In this document: positions 1 to 7,731 of the stretch, in pieces
How positions within the stretch are numbered: the stretch's first letter is position 1
Layout of the letters: each line of letters begins with the position of its first letter
IMG/VR virus record: IMGVR_UViG_3300029604_000306
Length of the DNA: 64,000 bases
Source of the DNA: a virus
Lineage: Duplodnaviria > Heunggongvirae > Uroviricota > Caudoviricetes
Reading direction: 5' to 3' (one strand)
Notes under the pieces: model-generated
Databases searched by the model: none
What the model saw: the letters and a program-made list of their open reading frames with translations, nothing else
What the model was told of the DNA's origin: nothing
Made by a program: the position numbers and the translations under genes

Positions 1-2
1 TG

Positions 3-69
3 GGAAATATCAAAGATACTGTTGATATTGTGAAAGTAATTAAACCGGTATACAATTTTAAAGCACATT
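3..69 (+). CDS. C-terminal fragment of a gene that begins upstream of the window
   Basis: Frame 3 is open from the window edge to a TAA at ~67-69 (…KVIKPVYNFKAH*), and a hairpin plus T-run follows it. Confidence 0.3.
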
Positions 70-75
70 AAGATA

Positions 76-104
76 CGCCGCCTGGAGGTCCAGGCGGTTT
101 TTTT
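76..104 (+). terminator. rho-independent terminator
   Basis: GC hairpin gccgcctgg/ccaggcgg followed by T7. Confidence 0.6.
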
Positions 105-143
105 GTCTAGTAATGCAGGATGCGTTTTCTTTTTTTAAAATCC

Positions 144-152
144 GGCATATTG
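144..152 (+). promoter_or_regulatory. conserved GCATATT(A/G) promoter box P1
   Basis: ggcatattg lies ~37 nt upstream of the ATG at 189. This is one of ≥27 copies of the box in the window. Confidence 0.5.
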
Positions 153-188
153 AGAAAAGAAGAAAACAAAAAAAAGGAGACGTAAAAA

Positions 189-371
189 ATGATAAAACGA
201 GTACGGCTGGATTACAAGCCGGTAGCAAAGAGAACAAGCGAAAAGACGGCATTTGTGGTGTCAACTGAACATGTGGCAGCGGTAAATAGAAGCATAGAAA
301 AGAAATTGAAAAAAAATAAGAGAGAACGAAGAGAGAGCGAAAAAGAGGCGGAAAAATATATTGTAAGATGA
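189..371 (+). CDS. hypothetical small basic protein (60 aa)
   Basis: ORF with an aaaaggaga RBS and its own box and terminator. Lys/Arg/Glu-rich. Confidence 0.5.
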   Translation: MIKRVRLDYKPVAKRTSEKTAFVVSTEHVAAVNRSIEKKLKKNKRERRESEKEAEKYIVR

Positions 372-377
372 GTTGAT

Positions 378-402
378 GCCTGTGCTTGTAGGCGTTTTTT
401 TT
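378..402 (+). terminator. rho-independent terminator
   Basis: gcctgtgcttgtaggc hairpin followed by T8. Confidence 0.55.
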
Positions 403-417
403 GCCTCCAAAAATCCC

Positions 418-425
418 GCATATTA
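418..425 (+). promoter_or_regulatory. GCATATTA box P2
   Basis: cccgcatattaac lies ~36 nt upstream of the ATG at 461. Confidence 0.5.
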
Positions 426-460
426 ACTATACAACAAAAACAAGAAAAGGAGCAAAAACA

Positions 461-856
461 ATGATTGAAAATCCAAAAATCGGCCAAAAAGTTTGGTTTG
501 TAGAACATTGGAGCCAGTGCATCCACAGTGCAAAAATTACGGCACTTGGCGAAACAGAAGTTTCTGTACGAGACCCGAAGAAATATCCATATGCAGATAT
601 TGAATGGGATGATGGTGGAAACAGCGGCTGTCTGCTGAAAGACTTGTATACTTCGAGAGAAGAACTTCAAAAAGAATTAAAAAAAGAAGAAGAAGAGAAG
701 ATTGCCGAAATCAAGGCTAAAATCAAAGATGCAAATGACCTGGTGGCGTTTATGTATGACCACTGCGTGGCCTGTGCGGAGGAGTATACTGATTGGACGG
801 CGAGAAGAGCAGTTAAGGAAATCGCGAAGGAAATGCTTGGACTAGATTTGGACTAG
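461..856 (+). CDS. hypothetical protein (131 aa)
   Basis: In-frame ATG at 461 with an aaaaggagc RBS. The annotated 401 start would fall inside the promoter box. Confidence 0.55.
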   Translation: MIENPKIGQKVWFVEHWSQCIHSAKITALGETEVSVRDPKKYPYADIEWDDGGNSGCLLKDLYTSREELQKELKKEEEEKIAEIKAKIKDANDLVAFMYDHCVACAEEYTDWTARRAVKEIAKEMLGLDLD

Positions 857-984
857 ATTTGGGATTGCAAGAAAAAGAGATGGAAATCGGCTTTGCCGGT
901 TTCCTTTTTTTGTGTGTAGAGTGAAGTGGAATGGAAGAAAAAGAGATAAAGAATGAGAGCGGGAATATACTAACCGGTCAAGCC

Positions 985-1230
985 GGAATGAAGGTTACGG
1001 GCTGGCGGGAGGTTGTGTGGGCTGGTATGAAAAGATATGCGGTGAAAGGCTGTTGGCCGGCTGGCGCCGGGAGGGAAGTAGTAATTACCGGAAAGTGTAG
1101 CGCTCTGTAAAGAATCAAGCCGGAAAGGTGTTGGCCGGCTGTGACCGGAAAGGAGTTTACCGGCTGGCGCGGAAGCCTGGCGCGGTGTGTTTGCGGGGCG
1201 CGAAGCACCGCATATATTCCCGGTTTCAAT
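985..1230 (+). repeat. GC-rich cluster of degenerate direct repeats (ggccggctg…ccggaaagg)
   Basis: About 60% GC in an AT-rich context. It carries 3-4 repeats of GKTGTTGGCCGGCTG-N-CCGG(G/A)A(A/G)GG and a terminal hairpin gcggtgt…caccgc. The ORFs called here on the - strand are probably spurious. Confidence 0.4.
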
Positions 1231-1243
1231 GCTGACAAATTTC

Positions 1244-1252
1244 GGCATATTG
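1244..1252 (+). promoter_or_regulatory. GCATATTG box P3
   Basis: ttcggcatattgg lies upstream of the ATG at 1289. Confidence 0.5.
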
Positions 1253-1288
1253 GATATATAAAAATCAACAAGAAAGGGAGTAAAAAAA

Positions 1289-3058
1289 ATGAAAAAAAGA
1301 ATTGAAGAAGATGATGTGATTTATACCATTGATAAAAACAGCGGTGACTGTATTGATATTGATGTGAAACCAGGTGTTGAAGAAGTAAGCTTCAATGCTT
1401 CGTTTGGTCGTGAATATCTGCTTGGTGACTGTAAAAAGGTATTTCCTGACGTCAAGAAAATCGTGATTGATTACAGTGTATATGATATTGATATTCCCAA
1501 TACATTATTTCCAAATGTGAAAGAGGTGAAATGTAGCAGCTGGTACGGAAAATACATAAAAAGCGGAAGCTTGCTTCTAAGAAATGACAACGGCCAGATT
1601 TTGACAAACGTTTTTGGTAAAAAGGAAGGCGAGACCATAGACCTGAAATATGTAACCAAGATTGATGATGACGCTTTCTCTGGATGTATGGCTACAAAAA
1701 TCATTAATTCAGGAAGTGTTACATCATGTGCAGAATATGCATTCAGAAATTCAGCAATTGGAGATTTAGAACCTGAACCGGCTGGAGCAGTTATTGCCGG
1801 GTCTATTCTTGTTAATATCGATGAAACTTCTGAAAATATTATTCTTCCTGACAAAAGAGTTTCACTGACGGCAATGCGAGACGGAATTAATTTTGATAAT
1901 GTTAAAAGCATTACAGCGAACCGAGCTCAGACTGTAATTAATCTGCGGTATAAGCTGCCAGTTGGCATAAAGATTATTCTAAAAGATAAATCTTATATTA
2001 CAGACGAGCAGCTGTCAGGGTGGAGTCCTTTTCCAATTTTGGAATTAACTGAAGAAAATCCGTATTATTCTACGAAGGATGGATGCCTTCTATCAAAAGA
2101 TGGGTTGGTTTTAGTTAAATATCCATCAGCTATTTCTGGAACAGTACATATTCCTGATGGAATTGAAACTATTACATCATGTGCATTCATCCTCAGCGAG
2201 GCTGAGGAGATATATTTTCCTGATTCGCTGAGGGTATTGATGCCGAAATGTTTCTGGCTGTGTAATAAATTACAAAAAGTAGATTTTGGACATGGCATTG
2301 AGGAAATAGGCATTGGACATGATTGCAGGTTGTTTATGCAATGCAGCATGCTTCATGAGATTGAAATTCCGTCGCAGGTTAGAATAATTGGAGAAAGTGC
2401 ATTTCTTGGAACAGCAATCAGCAAAGTGACTTTTCATGAAGGACTGACGCAAATTATGGATTATGCGTTCAAGCAGAGTTGTATTAAGGAGGTTACACTG
2501 CCGGCATCGTTAAAATATATCGGAAGACAAAGCTTTCCTGGCATGGATAGCGTCACACTGTCATCGGATGACATGCCTTATGGTATCGCAGAAGCAATAA
2601 CGTCAAATACGATACCAGATAACAGCCCTATATATATTAAAATCAAAAAGCCAGCTGCAACGGTTTTCATGCCAAGATATATTGTTACAGCAGATGCTAT
2701 CGCATTAGACACACGGCTTGCAATCCCGTCATTCAGAGAAAAATGCGAAGAATTACTGTATGATTATGGAATGCAGCCGGAAATCAAGTGGAAGACTGCA
2801 ATAAAAACAATGAAAGAATGCCCGAATGATGCAGTTAAAACATATCTCAGAAGAGTCAGTAAGAACATTATCGCAATGTACATGGAATTAAATGATGAGA
2901 CTGGATTGATTGATTTTATCAAGCTTGGTATCATGACACCAAAAGCATTAGATGATACTTACAAAAAAGCGAAAGAAAAGGGCTTCACAACCGTGATGGC
3001 GTACATCTGCGAAGCACAGAAAGACACGAAAGGAAACAACTCATCATTTTCACTTTAA
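1289..3058 (+). CDS. BspA-type leucine-rich-repeat (LRR_5) protein, 589 aa
   Basis: Repeated I-P-x-x-V-x-x-I-G-x-x-A-F-x-x-C-x-x-L segments (e.g. IPDGIETITSCAF, IPSQVRIIGESAFLG, LPASLKYIGRQSF) typical of Clostridia/Treponema BspA-like LRRs. It has an RBS, a box and a terminator. Confidence 0.6.
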   Translation: MKKRIEEDDVIYTIDKNSGDCIDIDVKPGVEEVSFNASFGREYLLGDCKKVFPDVKKIVIDYSVYDIDIPNTLFPNVKEVKCSSWYGKYIKSGSLLLRNDNGQILTNVFGKKEGETIDLKYVTKIDDDAFSGCMATKIINSGSVTSCAEYAFRNSAIGDLEPEPAGAVIAGSILVNIDETSENIILPDKRVSLTAMRDGINFDNVKSITANRAQTVINLRYKLPVGIKIILKDKSYITDEQLSGWSPFPILELTEENPYYSTKDGCLLSKDGLVLVKYPSAISGTVHIPDGIETITSCAFILSEAEEIYFPDSLRVLMPKCFWLCNKLQKVDFGHGIEEIGIGHDCRLFMQCSMLHEIEIPSQVRIIGESAFLGTAISKVTFHEGLTQIMDYAFKQSCIKEVTLPASLKYIGRQSFPGMDSVTLSSDDMPYGIAEAITSNTIPDNSPIYIKIKKPAATVFMPRYIVTADAIALDTRLAIPSFREKCEELLYDYGMQPEIKWKTAIKTMKECPNDAVKTYLRRVSKNIIAMYMELNDETGLIDFIKLGIMTPKALDDTYKKAKEKGFTTVMAYICEAQKDTKGNNSSFSL

Positions 3059-3069
3059 TTTTTAAGTCT

Positions 3070-3097
3070 GGCCGGAATTTTTCCGGCCGTTTTTTTC
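3070..3097 (+). terminator. rho-independent terminator
   Basis: ggccggaatttttccggcc hairpin followed by T8. Confidence 0.65.
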
Positions 3098-3116
3098 TTT
3101 GTCGGCAGAAACTTGA

Positions 3117-3124
3117 CATATTGG
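3117..3124 (+). promoter_or_regulatory. CATATTG box P4 (variant with TTGACA)
   Basis: cttgacatattgggtatataaaa lies upstream of 3163. Confidence 0.45.
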
Positions 3125-3162
3125 GTATATAAAAAATAAAAAGAAAAGGAGAGGCAAAAAAA

Positions 3163-3435
3163 ATGAGCCGCAATAGAGATGAAAAGTATATACATAAAAA
3201 CAAATTGGAAACTGAACCAGAAAGAAAAAAGAAATTCGGAAAAGAATTTGCTGAAATTCCGAAAGGTAAGCATTATGTGGAGGAGCTGGAACCGCTGATT
3301 GGTGCAGTGATTGTTCTGGAATGTGATGATTGGGTGTTTATCCACGGAGAGCTTGGCGGTATGCCGTGCGAGAAGCTACTGCTGAAATCTGTGAAGCTGG
3401 TCAAGTGTCCGGCAAGCAGAGGAGTTGAAAATTAA
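3163..3435 (+). CDS. hypothetical protein (90 aa)
   Basis: aaaaggagagg RBS, own box and terminator. Confidence 0.5.
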   Translation: MSRNRDEKYIHKNKLETEPERKKKFGKEFAEIPKGKHYVEELEPLIGAVIVLECDDWVFIHGELGGMPCEKLLLKSVKLVKCPASRGVEN

Positions 3436-3588
3436 GTCGTCGCATTCTTGTGACTTTAGACGGCTCGTTTTTTTTGAGTACATAAAAATATCGTTTACGA
3501 CATTTTATTTCTCTACATTTCGGTGTAGAGAAATTTTTTATTTATATTATTTTTTTTCGCAAAAAACCGTCTCGCTCCTAATTTTTTC

Positions 3589-3597
3589 GGCATATTA
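3589..3597 (+). promoter_or_regulatory. GGCATATTA box P5
   Basis: ttttcggcatattaaaag lies upstream of 3634. Confidence 0.5.
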
Positions 3598-3633
3598 AAA
3601 GTATAAGAAATTTACAGAAAGGAGATGTACGAT

Positions 3634-3891
3634 ATGGCAAACTCAAACAGGAAGAAAGCCCGTAAATTACAGGCAGCCAAGAAAGCGAACGCCGCCGAAA
3701 GAGAGAAGGCTGCTAAGAAGGTAAAGCCTGCCGAAGAAAAACCGATAAAGTACACTATCACAGCAGAACAACAGGCTGACGGTACTTTTGAGTTTCACGG
3801 AGGCAAAGGCGGATTCAATATCATTAAGCAGAAGAATAAAGTATTAGAGCCTTACGGAAAACATTATGTGATTTTGGTGTTGGCAGTATGA
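3634..3891 (+). CDS. hypothetical small basic protein (85 aa)
   Basis: An aaaggaga RBS is correctly spaced to the ATG at 3634. The annotated 3625 ATG abuts the SD. Confidence 0.5.
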   Translation: MANSNRKKARKLQAAKKANAAEREKAAKKVKPAEEKPIKYTITAEQQADGTFEFHGGKGGFNIIKQKNKVLEPYGKHYVILVLAV

Positions 3892-4090
3892 CTTGGGAAG
3901 GTCAGAACTATTTAGAGTCAGTTAGAGATAATACAAGATGGGGAAAAATAAAAAAAATAGCAAAAGAGAAAGGAATTCCTTTAATGTTTAATACAGTTAT
4001 CGATATTTCAAAAGAGCTTATTATAGCAGCGCTGTAAAAGAAGTATAAAACAAAAAGCGCTTAATACTTAAGACAGGAGGCAAAAAAAAG

Positions 4091-4351
4091 ATGAAAAGAA
4101 ATTGGGCACTGATTAATTCCATCGTTAAAACTATCGCGGAAAGCGATAAAGATATTTTTGGAGTTAATGATTTTAAATCTGCTGAGAACAGCGAAGAAGA
4201 AGTTAAGTATACCCTGAAACTGATGCTGGACAGAGGACTTGTTTTCGATGAAACAACCCGATACGGTGTTGTGCAAGTTGGGCAGCTGACCTGGATGGGG
4301 CAGAATTATTATGAAGATAAAGACCATCAGAAGGCATCCGAAAGGCTTTAA
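4091..4351 (+). CDS. hypothetical protein (86 aa)
   Basis: gacaggaggc RBS, and a terminator follows at ~4360-4395. Confidence 0.5.
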   Translation: MKRNWALINSIVKTIAESDKDIFGVNDFKSAENSEEEVKYTLKLMLDRGLVFDETTRYGVVQVGQLTWMGQNYYEDKDHQKASERL

Positions 4352-4427
4352 GAAAAAATCTCACGCCTGCAGCTTTTGCTGCGGGCTTTTTCTTTGCTGG
4401 CAGATGTGTCGTTTATCTCTTCGTTTT

Positions 4428-4435
4428 GCATATTA
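4428..4435 (+). promoter_or_regulatory. GCATATTA box P6
   Basis: gttttgcatattagcc lies upstream of 4480. Confidence 0.5.
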
Positions 4436-4479
4436 GCCTTAAGCGAAAAAAAATCCGCAAAAAAATAAAAAGGAGGAAT

Positions 4480-4674
4480 ATGAATGGAAATAAGAAAAAT
4501 ATTGGAAAAAGAGCTAAGCAAAAGCGGCGGCTGGGCGGAACTGGTAAAGGTTCCGCCAGAGAGAAGGCCGAGCAAGGAATCGTTGGACAGGCTGAACCGG
4601 GATGTGGAAGGGCTGGTGAGAATGACGGGGAATCAGGTTGCGAAGTGAGGAGAGAAATAGAAAAAATGGAATAA
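4480..4674 (+). CDS. hypothetical small basic protein (64 aa)
   Basis: aaaaggaggaatATG, in frame with the annotated 4426 ORF. Confidence 0.45.
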   Translation: MNGNKKNIGKRAKQKRRLGGTGKGSAREKAEQGIVGQAEPGCGRAGENDGESGCEVRREIEKME

Positions 4675-4703
4675 AAAAGACAGAGCGAATGGGAAACCCG
4701 CGC

Positions 4704-4732
4704 TTGACTTTGATAGCGCGGGGGAGTATGAT
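4704..4732 (+). promoter_or_regulatory. sigma-A-type promoter (TTGACT-17-TATGAT)
   Basis: Near-consensus -35 and -10 elements with a 17-nt spacer, reading rightwards. Confidence 0.55.
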
Positions 4733-4738
4733 ATATAT

Positions 4739-4834
4739 AAATATAGGAAGCCGTGCAAACGGTCTATCTCCAATATTACTATGATGTAATTTTATTTCTT
4801 CCGTCGTCTATTGGCAGTAGTCGACGGTTTTTTC
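4739..4834 (+). ncRNA. candidate ~95-nt antisense sRNA (type I antitoxin-like)
   Basis: It runs from the predicted TSS after the promoter to the hairpin ccgtcgtcta…tagtcgacgg plus T6 at 4801-4834. No ORF or RBS. It overlaps the 3' end of the minus-strand peptide gene. Confidence 0.35.
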
Positions 4835-4935
4835 TTACGCATCTTGTAACGCTCAATTTCAATTTTCCATATAAAACGGATACACTGAAACAAAAAAGCT
4901 AACGCAGTTAACTCAAGAGCGAGTTCTTTGTACAT
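4792..4935 (-). CDS. 47-aa hydrophobic/basic peptide (candidate type I toxin)
   Basis: rc aaggagg RBS with an ATG 8 nt downstream. MYKELALELTALAFLFQCIRFIWKI (TM-like) followed by the basic tail RYKMRKKKPSTTANRRRKK. Confidence 0.4.
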   Translation of the reverse strand: MYKELALELTALAFLFQCIRFIWKIEIERYKMRKKKPSTTANRRRKK

Positions 4936-5047
4936 ACGCATCACCCTCCTTTGTAAAAATAAAGCTGGGAGGATGAACCTCCTCAGCGATGTTGCTGCTT
5001 TGGAGGAGATAAACCGCCTGCCGTAATTCCGGCTTCCTATGCATAAC

Positions 5048-5076
5048 AGTATAGCAAGAAATTCCTGTATAAGCAA
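5048..5076 (-). promoter_or_regulatory. sigma-A-type promoter on the minus strand (TTGCTT-17-TATACT)
   Basis: rc of aagcaa…agtata. It drives the peptide gene at 4935-4792. Confidence 0.45.
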
Positions 5077-5107
5077 ATGTTTTTCAGGAATCTTTAAACT
5101 GGCTTAT

Positions 5108-5150
5108 GCCCGCCGTCTAGCTCCAGTAGACGGCGGTTTCTTTTTTTTCT
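5108..5150 (+). terminator. terminator hairpin homologous to the one at 4801-4834
   Basis: cgccgtctagctccagtagacggcgg followed by tttcttttttttc. It is a direct-repeat homologue of the 4801 hairpin, so the two flank the cassette. Confidence 0.5.
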
Positions 5151-5185
5151 AAAACTTTCTGAATTTTCAGTAGAGAAAATTTTCC

Positions 5186-5193
5186 GCATATTA
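5186..5193 (+). promoter_or_regulatory. GCATATTA box P7
   Basis: ttttccgcatattag lies upstream of 5234. Confidence 0.5.
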
Positions 5194-5233
5194 GATGTAT
5201 CTAGCAATACCATTCAAGAAAGGAAAAAAAGAT

Positions 5234-5413
5234 ATGAACGAACATGAATTTTGGAAAGAACGCCGCCACCTTGAGGAAATGCCGTTTGATAAGCGTTTTG
5301 ATGTGGACGGAAACTCTGAACTTTGCCATGCAACCGGATATGAGGTCTTTGACGGCGAGGACTGGTGGGATGAGTTCGTGGATTCTAACGGAGATTTCCA
5401 ATACGGAAGATAA
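5234..5413 (+). CDS. hypothetical small acidic protein (59 aa)
   Basis: gaaaggaaaaaaagatATG. D/E- and W-rich. Own terminator at ~5430-5462. Confidence 0.5.
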   Translation: MNEHEFWKERRHLEEMPFDKRFDVDGNSELCHATGYEVFDGEDWWDEFVDSNGDFQYGR

Positions 5414-5489
5414 CTCCGTGAAGCAATTTTGCCTGCAGAAATTCTGCAGGCTCTTTTTTCGCAAATTTTTCTTCTCTCCAAAAAATCCC

Positions 5490-5497
5490 GCATATTA
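5490..5497 (+). promoter_or_regulatory. GCATATTA box P8
   Basis: aaatcccgcatattatg lies upstream of 5526. Confidence 0.5.
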
Positions 5498-5525
5498 TGT
5501 ATAGAAAAAACAAAGGAGACAAAAA

Positions 5526-5906
5526 ATGCCTGAAAAAATACTAGTCTTGGATAACTCAACTTTTTTCGTAATCTGCCACGCAGTAGCAGAAGACGAGAAA
5601 GATATACGAAATAATGCACAGAATCTGGATTGGTTTCTGTCAGACGACAAAAATGCAGCAAGCCAGGAGATTCTCTCAGACCACACGTGTGAGACTATTG
5701 TTCTGGATGCAGACTGGATTGCTAAGCATGCCGAAAACAAATATCTTGGACTTCAATACCGTCAGAACGGTAACACACACACCGAAACAGTATGTTTTCT
5801 GTCCAGCGATGTCACAGCTTTGCTGAAAAGAAATTCTTTTGCTAAGCTGAATATATGCGACATACACGGCAACACAAAGGATGCATACACCCTGAAAAGG
5901 AGATGA
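5526..5906 (+). CDS. hypothetical protein (126 aa)
   Basis: caaaggagac RBS. Confidence 0.55.
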   Translation: MPEKILVLDNSTFFVICHAVAEDEKDIRNNAQNLDWFLSDDKNAASQEILSDHTCETIVLDADWIAKHAENKYLGLQYRQNGNTHTETVCFLSSDVTALLKRNSFAKLNICDIHGNTKDAYTLKRR

Positions 5907-5912
5907 TTCAAA

Positions 5913-6668
5913 ATGCTTAAAAAGAAGCTCAAAACAAAAACAAAAACCAAACCAAAAAGAAGTCTAAAAACAAAATCCTCCATCCGGAAACGGCCTTCGC
6001 GCAAGCAGCGCCGCAATAAGAAGATGTACGAAGATGACTCTCTGCTGAATATCTGGAATGGACATGGCTTCGCAATGTGTGGCCTGGGCAAGAAATCCAT
6101 GTTTCTAGCAAAAGTCAAACATTTTTTCAAATGCATCAAATGGTCAAAGCAAAGAGCAAAAAGAGGTTTTGCAGACTACGATGTCTGGAACATGTACGGA
6201 TATCTTGAAGAACTGATGCCGGCGATGCTGCAGCATCTGAAAGATAACCGGATGGGAAGCCCGGCGATGCTCGGCCAAAACTATACTGATGAGCATGGCA
6301 TAATGCAGAACGATGCTTGCCACAAAGAATGGGACAAAATTCTTGACCGGATGATTTTTCTCTGGCGGGAACTTGACGAAGAGACATGCAGTGAGAAAAA
6401 TAAATACGAAAAAGAATATTCAAAAGCCTCTGATGAATTCTTTGATAAATACGGTTTCTTCGGGGAAGGCCTGGAAACAGAAGAAGAAAAAGAAAAAGCA
6501 AAAAAGACAGGCTCCAGGAGAGTGCATTTTATGAGTGAACTGCCGGAGTACGAAGAAATCAGCAGACTGCATATGGAAGAGGAAAAGAGGCTGGTGGAGT
6601 ATAGAGAAAAGTGTAAGGATGAGGTGTTTGACTTAATGAAGAAATATTTCTTCGCGTTGTGGGATTGA
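5913..6668 (+). CDS. hypothetical protein with a Lys/Arg-rich N-terminus (251 aa)
   Basis: aaaaggagatg RBS. Translationally close to the previous gene. Terminator at ~6677-6708. Confidence 0.55.
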   Translation: MLKKKLKTKTKTKPKRSLKTKSSIRKRPSRKQRRNKKMYEDDSLLNIWNGHGFAMCGLGKKSMFLAKVKHFFKCIKWSKQRAKRGFADYDVWNMYGYLEELMPAMLQHLKDNRMGSPAMLGQNYTDEHGIMQNDACHKEWDKILDRMIFLWRELDEETCSEKNKYEKEYSKASDEFFDKYGFFGEGLETEEEKEKAKKTGSRRVHFMSELPEYEEISRLHMEEEKRLVEYREKCKDEVFDLMKKYFFALWD

Positions 6669-6726
6669 GATTTAATGGGCGCTGCCTTCGGTGGCGCTTG
6701 TTTTTTTTGTAAAAATAGAAATCCTT

Positions 6727-6734
6727 CATATTAT
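6727..6734 (+). promoter_or_regulatory. (T)CATATTA box P9
   Basis: TTGTAAaaatagaaatccttCATATTA after the terminator T-run. Confidence 0.45.
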
Positions 6735-6783
6735 TATAGATATATGATATTATTTATATAAAAAAAGAAAGGAGAAAAAAGAA

Positions 6784-7002
6784 ATGGTAAAATACATTCT
6801 AATGCCGGAAGAGGCTATTCAGAAAATAAGAAAAGGAGACAAATTTTTTGTGGATGGCGAACTCAATCCGAATGCTGCCAGAATCATAACTGCGGCACAT
6901 AATGCATATTTTTGGGTAGATGACAACAATATGCCACATTGGACTGTGGACGCAGAGGGGGGCGGATGCTATGGATATGGAGAAATCTGCCAGCAGGTTT
7001 AA
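6784..7002 (+). CDS. hypothetical protein (72 aa)
   Basis: agaaaggagaaaaaagaaATG. Terminator at 7011-7042. Confidence 0.5.
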   Translation: MVKYILMPEEAIQKIRKGDKFFVDGELNPNAARIITAAHNAYFWVDDNNMPHWTVDAEGGGCYGYGEICQQV

Positions 7003-7058
7003 GTTTTTTGATACAGCCAGAAATTTTGGCTGTATTTTTTTTGTAAAAATGGAGAATT

Positions 7059-7067
7059 GGCATATTA
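7059..7067 (+). promoter_or_regulatory. GGCATATTA box P10
   Basis: TTGTAAaaatggagaattGGCATATTA. Confidence 0.5.
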
Positions 7068-7110
7068 AGAATGAAAATTTTTATTGAATCAGCAAAGAAA
7101 GGAAAATGAT

Positions 7111-7593
7111 ATGGAGAAATCAGTAGAAAAATTCTATGGAGAACACTATAAATACATGCAGCGGGCAATGTGGTGTATGGATGCCGCGATTGGCGAGGCA
7201 GCACGTTTTTCAAAAGTGGCGATTGTATCAACTGATGGATTTATAAAAAGGCCAGATTGTAAAACCGGAATTGATGCGGCATTAAATGCAGACGATACAA
7301 TTAACGTTATGGTAATTGTGGACTCTAAAAGTGACGCAACAACCCTCCTGAAATGGCTACAGAATATTTCTTGTGAACATCAGATGCAATTAGAACATTC
7401 AGATGAATTCCTTGATGTGAAAAATCAGGATGGATTCTATGGGATTTATGCGGTATTTGAGGTTAAATCAAAAGATAACAAATGTGGCCCTTTAAAGGTT
7501 CAGGTAAGAATCAGCATGCCAATATTGGATTGTATTACAGCATTAGAAAAGTGTTGCGAGTCTGAAGAAGTTAAACAACTTCTGGAAGTTTAA
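7111..7593 (+). CDS. hypothetical protein (160 aa)
   Basis: An agaaaggaaa RBS is spaced to the ATG at 7111. Confidence 0.55.
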   Translation: MEKSVEKFYGEHYKYMQRAMWCMDAAIGEAARFSKVAIVSTDGFIKRPDCKTGIDAALNADDTINVMVIVDSKSDATTLLKWLQNISCEHQMQLEHSDEFLDVKNQDGFYGIYAVFEVKSKDNKCGPLKVQVRISMPILDCITALEKCCESEEVKQLLEV

Positions 7594-7680
7594 AAAAAAA
7601 TGGCATAATAATTCTATGACTTAGCTATGACATGTCGTCGCATTTTGCGGCGGCATTTTTTCTTGTAAAAATAGCGATTC

Positions 7681-7689
7681 GGCATATTA
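7681..7689 (+). promoter_or_regulatory. GGCATATTA box P11
   Basis: TTGTAAaaatagcgattcGGCATATTA after the terminator at 7633-7662. Confidence 0.5.
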
Positions 7690-7731
7690 GAGGTGACAAA
7701 GAAAATTTTTACAAAGAAAGGAAGAAAAACA

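Noticed and set aside
970-1271. Two overlapping ~95-aa minus-strand ORFs
   Set aside because: They fall in the GC-rich repeat block, lack RBSs, and their translations are Pro/Ala/Gly/Arg-rich as expected from GC-rich non-coding DNA.
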